Shown: positions 27,701 to 40,773 of the stretch, one piece after another | How positions within the stretch are numbered: the stretch's first letter is position 1 | How the letters are laid out: the number at the start of each line of letters is the position of its first letter | Assembly (NCBI RefSeq): GCF_009914755.1 | Contig: NC_060943.1 | Reading direction: 5' to 3' (one strand) | Source: the human T2T-CHM13v2.0 reference genome, Homo sapiens | Length of the DNA stretch: 64,000 nt | The notes under the pieces: generated by a model | The model's database searches: none | What the model was told of the DNA's origin: nothing | What the model saw: only the letters and a program-made list of their open reading frames with translations | Position numbers and translations under genes: made by a program

Positions 27701-30700
27701 AGGCCTTCGTTGGAAGCGGGATTTCTTCATATTCTGCTAGACAGAAGAATTCTCAGTAACTGCCTTGTGTTGTGTGTATTCAACTCACAGAGTTGAACGA
27801 TCCTTTACACAGAGCAGACTTGAAACACTCTTTTTGTGGAATTTGCAAGTGGAGATTTCAGCCGCTGTGAGGTCAATGGTAGAATAGGAAATATCTTCCT
27901 ATAGAAACTAGACAGAATGATTCTCAGAAACTCCTTTGTGATGTGTGCGTTCAACTCACAGAGTTCAACCTTTCTTTTCATAGAGCAGTTGGGAAACACT
28001 CTGTTTGTAAAGTCTGCAAGTGGATATTCAGACTTCTTTGAGGCCTTCGTTGGAAGCGGGATTTCTTCATATTCTGCTAGACAGAAGAATTCTCAGTAAC
28101 TGCCTTGTGTTGTGTGTATTCAACTCACAGAGTTGAACGATCCTTTACACAGAGCAGACTTGAAACACTCTTTCTGTGGAATTTGCAAGTGGAGATTTCA
28201 GCCGCTTTGAGGTCAATGGTAGAATAGGAAATATCTTCCTATAGAAACTAGACAGAATGATTCTCAGAAACTCCTTTGTGATGTGTGCGTTCAACTCACA
28301 GAGTTTAACCTTTCTTTTCATAGAGCAGTTAGGAAACACTCTGTTTGTAAAGTCTGCAAGTGGATATTCAGACATCCTTGAGGCTTTCATTGGAAACGGG
28401 ATTTCTTCATATTCTGCCAGAAAGAAGAATTCTCAGTAACTTCCTTGTGTTGTGTGTATTCAACTCACAGAGTTGAACGATCCTTTACACAGAGCAGACT
28501 TGAAACACTCTTTTTGTGGAATTTGCAAGTGGAGATTTCAGCCGCTTTGAGGTCAATGGTAGAATAGGAAATATCTTCCTATAGAAACTAGACAGAATGA
28601 TTCTCAGAAACTCCTTTGTGATGTGTGCGTTCAACTCACAGAGTTTAACCTTTCTTTTCATAGAGCAGTTGGGAAACACTCTGTTTGTAAAGTCTGCAAG
28701 TGGATATTCAGACCTCCTTGAGGCCTTCGTTGGAAGCGGGATTTCTTCATGTTCTGCTAGACAGAAGAATTCTCAGAAACTTCCTTGTGTTGTGTGTTTT
28801 CAACTCACAGAGTTGAACGATCCTTTACACAGAGCAGACTTGAAACACTCCTTTTGTGGAATTTGCAAGTGGAGATTTCAGCCGCTTTGAGGTCAATGGT
28901 AGAAAAGGAAATATCTTCGTATAAAAACTAGACAGAATGATTCTCAGAAACTCCTTTGTGATGTGTGCGTTCAACTCACAGATTTTAACCTTTCTTTTCA
29001 TAGAGCAGTTAGGAAACACTCTGTTTGTAAAGTCTGCAAGTGGATATTCAGACCTCCTTGAGGCCTTCGTTGGAAACGGGATTTCTTCATATTATGCTAG
29101 ACAGAAGAATTCTCAGTAACTTCCTTGTGTTGTGTGTATTCAACTCACAGAGTTGAACGATCCTTTACACAGAGCAGACTTGAAACACTCTTTTTGTGGA
29201 ATTTGCAAGTGGAGATTTCAGCCGCTTTGAGGTCAATGGTAGAATAGGAAATATCTTCGTATAGAAACTAGACAGAATGATTCTCAGAAACTCCTTTGTG
29301 ATGTGTGCGTTCAACTCACACAGTTTAACCTTTCTTTTCATAGAGCAGTTAGGAAACACTCTGTTTGTAAAGTCTGCAAGTGGATATTCAGACCTCCTTG
29401 AGGCATTCGTTGGAAACGGGATTTCTTCATATTATGCTAGACAGAAGAATTCTCAGTAACTTCTTGTGGTGTGTGTATTCAACTCACAGAGTTGAACGAT
29501 CCTTTACACAGAGCAGACTTGAAACACTCTTTTTGTGGAATTTGCAAGTGGAGATTTCAGCCGCTTTGAGTTCAATGGTAGAATAGGAAATATCTTCCTG
29601 TAGAAACTAGACAGAATGATTCTCAGAAACTCCTTTGTGATGTGTGCGTTCAACTCACAGAGTTCAACCTTTCTTTTCATAGAGTAGTTGGGAAACACTC
29701 TGTTTGTAAAGTCTGCAAGTGGATATTCACACTTCTTTGAGGCCTTCGTTGGAAGCGGGATTTCTTCATGTTCTGCTAGACAGAAGAATTCTCAGTAACT
29801 GCCTTGTGTTGTGTGTATTCAACTCACAGAGTTGAACGATCCTTTACACAGAGCAGACTTGAAACACTCCTTTTGTGGAATTTGCAAGTGGAGATTTCAG
29901 CCGCTTTGAGGTCAATGGTAGAATAGGAAATATCTTCCTATAGAAACTAGACAGAATGATTCTCAGAAACTCCTTTGTGATGTGTGCGTTCAACTCACAG
30001 AGTTTAACCTTTCTTTTCATAGAGCAGTTAGGAAACACTCTGTTTGTAAAGTCTGCAAGTGGATATTCAGACATCCTTGAGGCTTTCGTTGGAAACGGGA
30101 TTTCTTCCTATTCTGCCAGAAAGAAGAATTCTCAGTAACTTCCTTGTGTTGTGTGTATTCAACTCACAGAGTTGAACGATCCTTTACACAGAGCAGACTT
30201 GAAACACTCTTTTTGTGGAATTTGCAAGTGGAGATTTCAGCCGCTTTGAGGTCAATGGTAGAATAGGAAATATCTTCCTATAGAAACTAGACAGAATGAT
30301 TCTCAGAAACTCCTTTGTGATGTGTGCGTTCAACTCACAGAGTTTAACCTTTCTTTTCATAGAGCAGTTGGGAAACACTCTGTTTGTAAAGTCTGCAAGT
30401 GGATATTCAGACCTCCTTGAGGCCTTCGTTGGAAGCGGGATTTCTTCATGTTCTGCTAGACAGAAGAATTCTCAGAAACTTCCTTGTGTTGTGTGTTTTC
30501 AACTCACAGAGTTGAACGATCCTTTACACAGAGCAGACTTGAAACACTCCTTTTGTGGAATTTGCAAGTGGAGATTTCAGCCGCTTTGAGGTCAATGGTA
30601 GAAAAGGAAATATCTTCGTATAAAAACTAGACAGAATGATTCTCAGAAACTCCTTTGTGATGTGTGCGTTCAACTCACAGATTTTAACCTTTCTTTTCAT

Positions 30701-33700
30701 AGAGCAGTTAGGAAACACTCTGTTTGTAAAGTCTGCAAGTGGATATTCAGACCTCCTTGAGGCCTTCGTTGGAAACGGGATTTCTTCATATTATGCTAGA
30801 CAGAAGAATTCTCAGTAACTTCCTTGTGTTGTGTGTATTCAACTCACAGAGTTGAACGATCCTTTACACAGAGCAGACTTGAAACACTCTTTTTGTGGAA
30901 TTTGCAAGTGGAGATTTCAGCCGCTTTGAGGTCAATGGTAGAATAGGAAATATCTTCCTATAGAAACTAGACAGAATGATTCTCAGAAACTCCTTTGTGA
31001 TGTGTGCGTTCAACTCACACAGTTTAACCTTTCTTTTCATAGAGCAGTTAGGAAACACTCTGTTTGTAAAGTCTGCAAGTGGATATTCAGACCTCCTTGA
31101 GGCATTCGTTGGAAACGGGATTTCTTCATATTATGCTAGACAGAAGAATTCTCAGTAACTTCTTGTGGTGTGTGTATTCAACTCACAGAGTTGAACGATC
31201 CTTTACACAGAGCAGACTTGAAACACTCTTTTTGTGGAATTTGCAAGTGGAGATTTCAGCCGCTGTGAGGTCAATGGTAGAATAGGAAATATCTTCCTAT
31301 AGAAACTAGACAGAATGATTCTCAGAAACTCCTTTGTGATGTGTGCGTTCAACTCACAGAGTTCAACCTTTCTTTTCATAGAGCAGTTGGGAAACACTCT
31401 GTTTGTAAAGTCTGCAAGTGGATATTCAGACTTCTTTGAGGCCTTCGTTGGAAGCGGGATTTCTTCATATTCTGCTAGACAGAAGAATTCTCAGTAACTG
31501 CCTTGTGTTGTGTGTATTCAACTCACAGAGTTGAACGATCCTTTACACAGAGCAGACTTGAAACACTCTTTTTGTGGAATTTGCAAGTGGAGATTTCAGC
31601 CGCTTTGAGGTCAATGGTAGAATAGGAAATATCTTCCTATAGAAACTAGACAGAATGATTCTCAGAAACTCCTTTGTGATGTGTGCGTTCAACTCACAGA
31701 GTTTAACCTTTCTTTTCATAGAGCAGTTAGGAAACACTCTGTTTGTAAAGTCTGCAAGTGGATATTCAGACATCCTTGAGGCTTTCGTTGGAAACGGGAT
31801 TTCTTCATATTCTGCCAGAAAGAAGAATTCTCAGTAACTTCCTTGTGTTGTGTGTATTCAACTCACAGAGTTGAACGATCCTTTACACAGAGCAGACTTG
31901 AAACACTCTTTTTGTGGAATTTGCAAGTGGAGATTTCAGCCGCTTTGAGGTCAATGGTAGAATAGGAAATATCTTCCTATAGAAACTAGACAGAATGATT
32001 CTCAGAAACTCCTTTGTGATGTGTGCGTTCAACTCACAGAGTTTAACCTTTCTTTTCATAGAGCAGTTGGGAAACACTCTGTTTGTAAAGTCTGCAAGTG
32101 GATATTCAGACCTCCTTGAGGCCTTCGTTGGAAGCGGGATTTCTTCATGTTCTGCTAGACAGAAGAATTCTCAGAAACTTCCTTGTGTTGTGTGTTTTCA
32201 ACTCACAGAGTTGAACGATCCTTTACACAGAGCAGACTTGAAACACTCCTTTTGTGGAATTTGCAAGTGGAGATTTCAGCCGCTTTGAGGTCAATGGTAG
32301 AAAAGGAAATATCTTCGTATAAAAACTAGACAGAATGATTCTCAGAAACTCCTTTGTGATGTGTGCGTTCAACTCACAGATTTTAACCTTTCTTTTCATA
32401 GAGCAGTTAGGAAACACTCTGTTTGTAAAGTCTGCAAGTGGATATTCAGACCTCCTTGAGGCCTTCGTTGGAAACGGGATTTCTTCATATTATGCTAGAC
32501 AGAAGAATTCTCAGTAACTTCCTTGTGTTGTGTGTATTCAACTCACAGAGTTGAACGATCCTTTACACAGAGCAGACTTGAAACACTCTTTTTGTGGAAT
32601 TTGCAAGTGGAGATTTCAGCCGCTTTGAGGTCAATGGTAGAATAGGAAATATCTTCCTATAGAAACTAGACAGAATGATTCTCAGAAACTCCTTTGTGAT
32701 GTGTGCGTTCAACTCACACAGTTTAACCTTTCTTTTCATAGAGCAGTTAGGAAACACTCTGTTTGTAAAGTCTGCAAGTGGATATTCAGACCTCCTTGAG
32801 GCATTCGTTGGAAACGGGATTTCTTCATATTATGCTAGACAGAAGAATTCTCAGTAACTTCTTGTGGTGTGTGTATTCAACTCACAGAGTTGAACGATCC
32901 TTTACACAGAGCAGACTTGAAACACTCTTTTTGTGGAATTTGCAAGTGGAGATTTCAGCCGCTTTGAGTTCAATGGTAGAATAGGAAATATCTTCCTGTA
33001 GAAACTAGACAGAATGATTCTCAGAAACTCCTTTGTGATGTGTGCGTTCAACTCACAGAGTTCAACCTTTCTTTTCATAGAGCAGTTGGGAAACACTCTG
33101 TTTGTAAAGTCTGCAAGTGGATATTCACACTTCTTTGAGGCCTTCGTTGGAAGCGGGATTTCTTCATGTTCTGCTAGACAGAAGAATTCTCAGTAACTGC
33201 CTTGTGTTGTGTGTATTCAACTCACAGAGTTGAACGATCCTTTACACAGAGCAGACTTGAAACACTCCTTTTGTGGAATTTGCAAGTGGAGATTTCAGCC
33301 GCTTTGAGGTCAATGGTAGAATAGGAAATATCTTCCTATAGAAACTAGACAGAATGATTCTCAGAAACTCCTTTGTGATGTGTGCGTTCAACTCACAGAG
33401 TTTAACCTTTCTTTTCATAGAGCAGTTAGGAAACACTCTGTTTGTAAAGTCTGCAAGTGGATATTCAGACATCCTTGAGGCTTTCGTTGGAAACGGGATT
33501 TCTTCATATTCTGCCAGAAAGAAGAATTCTCAGTAACTTCCTTGTGTTGTGTGTATTCAACTCACAGAGTTGAACGATCCTTTACACAGAGCAGACTTGA
33601 AACACTCTTTTTGTGGAATTTGCAAGTGGAGATTTCAGCCGCTTTGAGTTCAATGGTAGAATAGGAAATATCTTCCTATAGAAACTAGACAGAATGATTC

Positions 33701-36700
33701 TCAGAAACTCCTTTGTGATGTGTGCGTTCAACTCACAGAGTTCAACCTTTCTTTTCATAGAGCAGTTGGGAAACACTCTGTTTGTAAAGTCTGCAAGTGG
33801 ATATTCAGACTTCTTTGAGGCCTTCGTTGGAAGCGGGATTTCTTCATATTCTGCTAGACAGAAGAATTCTCAGTAACTGCCTTGTGTTGTGTGTATTCAA
33901 CTCACAGAGTTGAACGATCCTTTACACAGAGCAGACTTGAAACACTCTTTTTGTGGAATTTGCAAGTGGAGATTTCAGCCGCTTTGAGGTCAATGGTAGA
34001 ATAGGAAATATCTTCCTATAGAAACTAGACAGAATGATTCTCAGAAACTCCTTTGTGATGTGTGCGTTCAACTCACAGAGTTTAACCTTTCTTTTCATAG
34101 AGCAGTTAGGAAACACTCTGTTTGTAAAGTCTGCAAGTGGATATTCAGACCTCCTTGAGGCCTTCGTTGGAAACGGGATTTCTTCATATTATGCTAGACA
34201 GAAGAATTCTCAGTAACTTCCTTGTGTTGTGTGTATTCAACTCACAGAGTTGAACGATCCTTTACACAGAGCAGACTTGAAACACTCTTTTTGTGGTATT
34301 TGCAAGTGGAGATTTCAGCCGCTTTGAGGTCAATGGTAGAATAGGAAATATCTTCCTATAGAAACTAGACAGAATGATTCTCAGAAACTCCTTTGTGATG
34401 TGTGCGTTCAACTCACAGAGTTTAACCTTTCTTTTCATAGAGCAGTTAGGAAACACTCTGTTTGTAAAGTCTGCAAGTGGATATTCAGACATCCTTGAGG
34501 CTTTCGTTGGAAACGGGATTTCTTCATATTCTGCCAGAAAGAAGAATTCTCAGTAACTTCCTTGTGTTGTGTGTATTCAACTCACAGAGTTGAACGATCC
34601 TTTACACAGAGCAGACTTGAAACACTCTTTTTGTGGAATTTGCAAGTGGAGATTTCAGCCGCTTTGAGGTCAATGGTAGAATAGGAAATATCTTCCTATA
34701 GAAACTAGACAGAATGATTCTCAGAAACTCCTTTGTGATGTGTGCGTTCAACTCACAGAGTTTAACCTTTCTTTTCATAGAGCAGTTAGGAAACACTCTG
34801 TTTGTAAAGTCTGCAAGTGGATATTCAGACATCCTTGAGGCTTTCGTTGGAAACGGGATTTCTTCATATTCTGCTAGACAGAAGAATTCTCAGTAACTTC
34901 CTTGTGTTGTGTGTATTCAACTCACAGAGTTGAACGATCCTTTACACAGAGCAGACTTGAAACACTCTTTTTGTGGAATTTGCAAGTGGAGATTTCAGCC
35001 GCTTTGAGGTCAATGGTAGAATAGGAAATATCTTCCTATAGAAACTAGACAGAATGATTCTCAGAAACTCCTTTGTGATGTGTGCGTTCAACTCACAGAG
35101 TTTAACCTTTCTTTTCATAGAGCAGTTAGGAAACACTCTGTTTGTAAAGTCTGCAAGTGGATATTCAGACATCCTTGAGGCTTTCGTTGGAAACGGGATT
35201 TCTTCATATTCTGCTAGAAAGAAGAATTCTCAGTAACTTCCTTGTGTTGTGTGTATTCAACTCACAGAGTTGAACGATCCTTTACACAGAGCAGACTTGA
35301 AACACTCTTTTTGTGGAATTTGCAAGTGGAGATTTCAGCCGCTTTGAGGTCAATGGTAGAATAGGAAATATCTTCCTATAGAAACTAGACAGAATGATTC
35401 TCAGAAACTCCTTTGTGATGTGTGCGTTCAACTCACACAGTTTAACCTTTCTTTTCATAGAGCAGTTAGGAAACACTCTGTTTGTAAAGTCTGCAAGTGG
35501 ATATTCAGACCTCCTTGAGGCCTTCGTTGGAAACGGGATTTCTTCATATTATGCTAGACAGAAGAATTCTCAGGAACTTCCTTGTGTTGTGTGTATTCAA
35601 CTCACAGAGTTGAACGATCCTTTACACAGAGCAGACTTGAAACACTCTTTTTGTGGAATTTGCAAGTGGAGATTTCAGCCGCTTTGAGTTCAATGGTAGA
35701 ATAGGAAATATCTTCCTATAGAAAGTACACAGAATGATTCTCAGAAACTGCTTTGTGATGTGTGCGTTCAACTCACAGAGTTCAACCTTTCTTTTCATAG
35801 AGCAGTTGGGAAACACTCTGTTTGTAAAGTCTGCAAGTGGATATTCAGACTTCTTTGAGGCCTTCGTTGGAAGCGGGATTTCTTCATATTCTGCTAGACA
35901 GAAGAATTCTCAGTAACTTCCTTGTGTTGTATGTATTCAACTCACAGAGTTGAACGATCCTTTACACAGAGCAGACTTGAAACACTCTTTTTGTGGAATT
36001 TGCAAGTGGAGATTTCAGCCGCTTTGAGTTCAATGGTAGAATAGGAAATATCTTCCTATAGAAACTAGACAGAATGATTCTCAGAAACTCCTTTGTGATG
36101 TGTGCGTTCAACTCACAGAGTTCAACCTTTCTTTTCATAGAGCAGTTGGGAAACACTCTGTTTGTAAAGTCTGCAAGTGGATATTCAGACTTCTTTGAGG
36201 CCTTCGTTGGAAGCGGGATTTCTTCATGTTCTGCTAGACAGTAGAATTCTCAGAAACTTCCTTGTGTTGTGTGTTTTCAACTCACAGAGTTGAACGATCC
36301 TTTACACAGAGCAGACTTGAAACACTCCTTTTGTGGAATTTGCAAGTGGAGATTTCAGCCGCTTTGAGGTCAATGGTAGAATAGGAAATATCTTCCTATA
36401 GAAACTAGACAGAATGATTCTCAGAAACTCCTTTGTGATGTGTGCGTTCAACTCACAGAGTTCAACCTTTCTTTTCATAGAGCAGTTGGGAAACACTCTG
36501 TTTGTAAAGTCTGCAAGTGGATATTCAGACTTCTTTGAGGCCTTCGTTGGAAGCGGGATTTCTTCATGTTCTGCTAGACAGAAGAATTCTCAGAAACTTC
36601 CTTGTGTTGTGTGTTTTCAACTCACAGAGTTGAACGATCCTTTACACAGAGCAGACTTGAAACACTCCTTTTGTGGAATTTGCAAGTGGAGATTTCAGCC

Positions 36701-39700
36701 GCTTTGAGGTCAATGGTAGAATAGGAAATATCTTCCTATAGAAAGTAGACAGAATGATTCTCAGAAACTCCTTTGTGATGTGTGCGTTCAACTCACAGAG
36801 TTTAACCTTTCTTTTCATAGAGCAGTTAGGAAACACTCTGTTTGTAAAGTCTGCAAGTGGATATTCAGACCTCCTTGAGGCCTTCGTTGGAAACAGGATT
36901 TCTTCATATTCTGCTAGACAGAAGAATTCTCAGTAACTTCCTTGTGTTGTGTGTATTCAACTCACAGAGTTGAATGATCCTTTACACAGAACAGTCTTGA
37001 AACACTCTTTTTGTGGAATTTGCAAGTGGAGATTTCAGCCGCTTTCAGGTCAATGGTAGAATAGGAAATATCTTCCTATAGAAACTAGACAGAATGATTC
37101 TCAGAAACTCCTTTGTGATGTGTGCGTTCAACTCACAGAGTTCAACCTTTCTTTTCATAGAGCAGTTGGGAAACACTCTGTTTGTAAAGTCTGCAAGTGG
37201 ATATTCAGACTTCTTTGAGGCCTTCGTTGGAAGCGGGATTTCTTCATATTCTGCTAGACAGAAGAATTCTCAGTAACTGCCTTGTGTTGTGTGTATTCAA
37301 CTCACAGAGTTGAACGATCCTTTACACAGAGCAGACTTGAAACACTCTTTTTGTGGAATTTGCAAGTGGAGATTTCAGCCGCTGTGAGGTCAATGGTAGA
37401 ATAGGAAATATCTTCCTATAGAAACTAGACAGAATGATTCTCAGAAACTCCTTTGTGATGTGTGCGTTCAACTCACAGAGTTCAACCTTTCTTTTCATAG
37501 AGCAGTTGGGAAACACTCTGTTTGTAAAGTCTGCAAGTGGATATTCAGACTTCTTTGAGGCCTTCGTTGGAAGCGGGATTTCTTCATATTCTGCTAGACA
37601 GAAGAATTCTCAGTAACTGCCTTGTGTTGTGTGTATTCAACTCACAGAGTTGAACGATCCTTTACACAGAGCAGACTTGAAACACTCTTTCTGTGGAATT
37701 TGCAAGTGGAGATTTCAGCCGCTTTGAGGTCAATGGTAGAATAGGAAATATCTTCCTATAGAAACTAGACAGAATGATTCTCAGAAACTCCTTTGTGATG
37801 TGTGCGTTCAACTCACAGAGTTTAACCTTTCTTTTCATAGAGCAGTTAGGAAACACTCTGTTTGTAAAGTCTGCAAGTGGATATTCAGACATCCTTGAGG
37901 CTTTCATTGGAAACGGGATTTCTTCATATTCTGCCAGAAAGAAGAATTCTCAGTAACTTCCTTGTGTTGTGTGTATTCAACTCACAGAGTTGAACGATCC
38001 TTTACACAGAGCAGACTTGAAACACTCTTTTTGTGGAATTTGCAAGTGGAGATTTCAGCCGCTTTGAGGTCAATGGTAGAATAGGAAATATCTTCCTATA
38101 GAAACTAGACAGAATGATTCTCAGAAACTCCTTTGTGATGTGTGCGTTCAACTCACAGAGTTTAACCTTTCTTTTCATAGAGCAGTTGGGAAACACTCTG
38201 TTTGTAAAGTCTGCAAGTGGATATTCAGACCTCCTTGAGGCCTTCGTTGGAAGCGGGATTTCTTCATGTTCTGCTAGACAGAAGAATTCTCAGAAACTTC
38301 CTTGTGTTGTGTGTTTTCAACTCACAGAGTTGAACGATCCTTTACACAGAGCAGACTTGAAACACTCCTTTTGTGGAATTTGCAAGTGGAGATTTCAGCC
38401 GCTTTGAGGTCAATGGTAGAAAAGGAAATATCTTCGTATAAAAACTAGACAGAATGATTCTCAGAAACTCCTTTGTGATGTGTGCGTTCAACTCACAGAT
38501 TTTAACCTTTCTTTTCATAGAGCAGTTAGGAAACACTCTGTTTGTAAAGTCTGCAAGTGGATATTCAGACCTCCTTGAGGCCTTCGTTGGAAACGGGATT
38601 TCTTCATATTATGCTAGACAGAAGAATTCTCAGTAACTTCCTTGTGTTGTGTGTATTCAACTCACAGAGTTGAACGATCCTTTACACAGAGCAGACTTGA
38701 AACACTCTTTTTGTGGAATTTGCAAGTGGAGATTTCAGCCGCTTTGAGGTCAATGGTAGAATAGGAAATATCTTCCTATAGAAACTAGACAGAATGATTC
38801 TCAGAAACTCCTTTGTGATGTGTGCGTTCAACTCACACAGTTTAACCTTTCTTTTCATAGAGCAGTTAGGAAACACTCTGTTTGTAAAGTCTGCAAGTGG
38901 ATATTCAGACCTCCTTGAGGCATTCGTTGGAAACGGGATTTCTTCATATTATGCTAGACAGAAGAATTCTCAGTAACTTCTTGTGGTGTGTGTATTCAAC
39001 TCACAGAGTTGAACGATCCTTTACACAGAGCAGACTTGAAACACTCTTTTTGTGGAATTTGCAAGTGGAGATTTCAGCCGCTTTGAGTTCAATGGTAGAA
39101 TAGGAAATATCTTCCTGTAGAAACTAGACAGAATGATTCTCAGAAACTCCTTTGTGATGTGTGCGTTCAACTCACAGAGTTCAACCTTTCTTTTCATAGA
39201 GTAGTTGGGAAACACTCTGTTTGTAAAGTCTGCAAGTGGATATTCACACTTCTTTGAGGCCTTCGTTGGAAGCGGGATTTCTTCATGTTCTGCTAGACAG
39301 AAGAATTCTCAGTAACTGCCTTGTGTTGTGTGTATTCAACTCACAGAGTTGAACGATCCTTTACACAGAGCAGACTTGAAACACTCCTTTTGTGGAATTT
39401 GCAAGTGGAGATTTCAGCCGCTTTGAGGTCAATGGTAGAATAGGAAATATCTTCCTATAGAAACTAGACAGAATGATTCTCAGAAACTCCTTTGTGATGT
39501 GTGCGTTCAACTCACAGAGTTTAACCTTTCTTTTCATAGAGCAGTTAGGAAACACTCTGTTTGTAAAGTCTGCAAGTGGATATTCAGACATCCTTGAGGC
39601 TTTCGTTGGAAACGGGATTTCTTCATATTCTGCCAGAAAGAAGAATTCTCAGTAACTTCCTTGTGTTGTGTGTATTCAACTCACAGAGTTGAACGATCCT

Positions 39701-40773
39701 TTACACAGAGCAGACTTGAAACACTCTTTTTGTGGAATTTGCAAGTGGAGATTTCAGCCGCTTTGAGGTCAATGGTAGAATAGGAAATATCTTCCTATAG
39801 AAACTAGACAGAATGATTCTCAGAAACTCCTTTGTGATGTGTGCGTTCAACTCACAGAGTTTAACCTTTCTTTTCATAGAGCAGTTGGGAAACACTCTGT
39901 TTGTAAAGTCTGCAAGTGGATATTCAGACCTCCTTGAGGCCTTCGTTGGAAGCGGGATTTCTTCATGTTCTGCTAGACAGAAGAATTCTCAGAAACTTCC
40001 TTGTGTTGTGTGTTTTCAACTCACAGAGTTGAACGATCCTTTACACAGAGCAGACTTGAAACACTCCTTTTGTGGAATTTGCAAGTGGAGATTTCAGCCG
40101 CTTTGAGGTCAATGGTAGAAAAGGAAATATCTTCGTATAAAAACTAGACAGAATGATTCTCAGAAACTCCTTTGTGATGTGTGCGTTCAACTCACAGATT
40201 TTAACCTTTCTTTTCATAGAGCAGTTAGGAAACACTCTGTTTGTAAAGTCTGCAAGTGGATATTCAGACCTCCTTGAGGCCTTCGTTGGAAACGGGATTT
40301 CTTCATATTATGCTAGACAGAAGAATTCTCAGTAACTTCCTTGTGTTGTGTGTATTCAACTCACAGAGTTGAACGATCCTTTACACAGAGCAGACTTGAA
40401 ACACTCTTTTTGTGGAATTTGCAAGTGGAGATTTCAGCCGCTTTGAGGTCAATGGTAGAATAGGAAATATCTTCCTATAGAAACTAGACAGAATGATTCT
40501 CAGAAACTCCTTTGTGATGTGTGCGTTCAACTCACACAGTTTAACCTTTCTTTTCATAGAGCAGTTAGGAAACACTCTGTTTGTAAAGTCTGCAAGTGGA
40601 TATTCAGACCTCCTTGAGGCATTCGTTGGAAACGGGATTTCTTCATATTATGCTAGACAGAAGAATTCTCAGTAACTTCTTGTGGTGTGTGTATTCAACT
40701 CACAGAGTTGAACGATCCTTTACACAGAGCAGACTTGAAACACTCTTTTTGTGGAATTTGCAAGTGGAGATTT
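21740..40773 (+). repeat. Near-perfect tandem duplication, 2 x 9517 bp (28 dimers minus 3 bp)
   Basis: Otherwise private variants recur at exactly +9517: GTGGTATTT (24780/34297), GTATGT, ACAGTAGAA, TTTCAGGTC, TTTCTGTGG, TTCATTGG, GAGTAGTT. Confidence 0.9.
28257..33536 (+). repeat. Run of about three 1699-bp 10-monomer (5-dimer) higher-order units
   Basis: The 1-bp-deletion marker TTCTTGTGGTG (68-aa pseudo-ORFs at 29380, 31079, 32778) is spaced exactly 1699 bp. The middle unit is chimeric at the 9517-bp junction. Confidence 0.85.
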
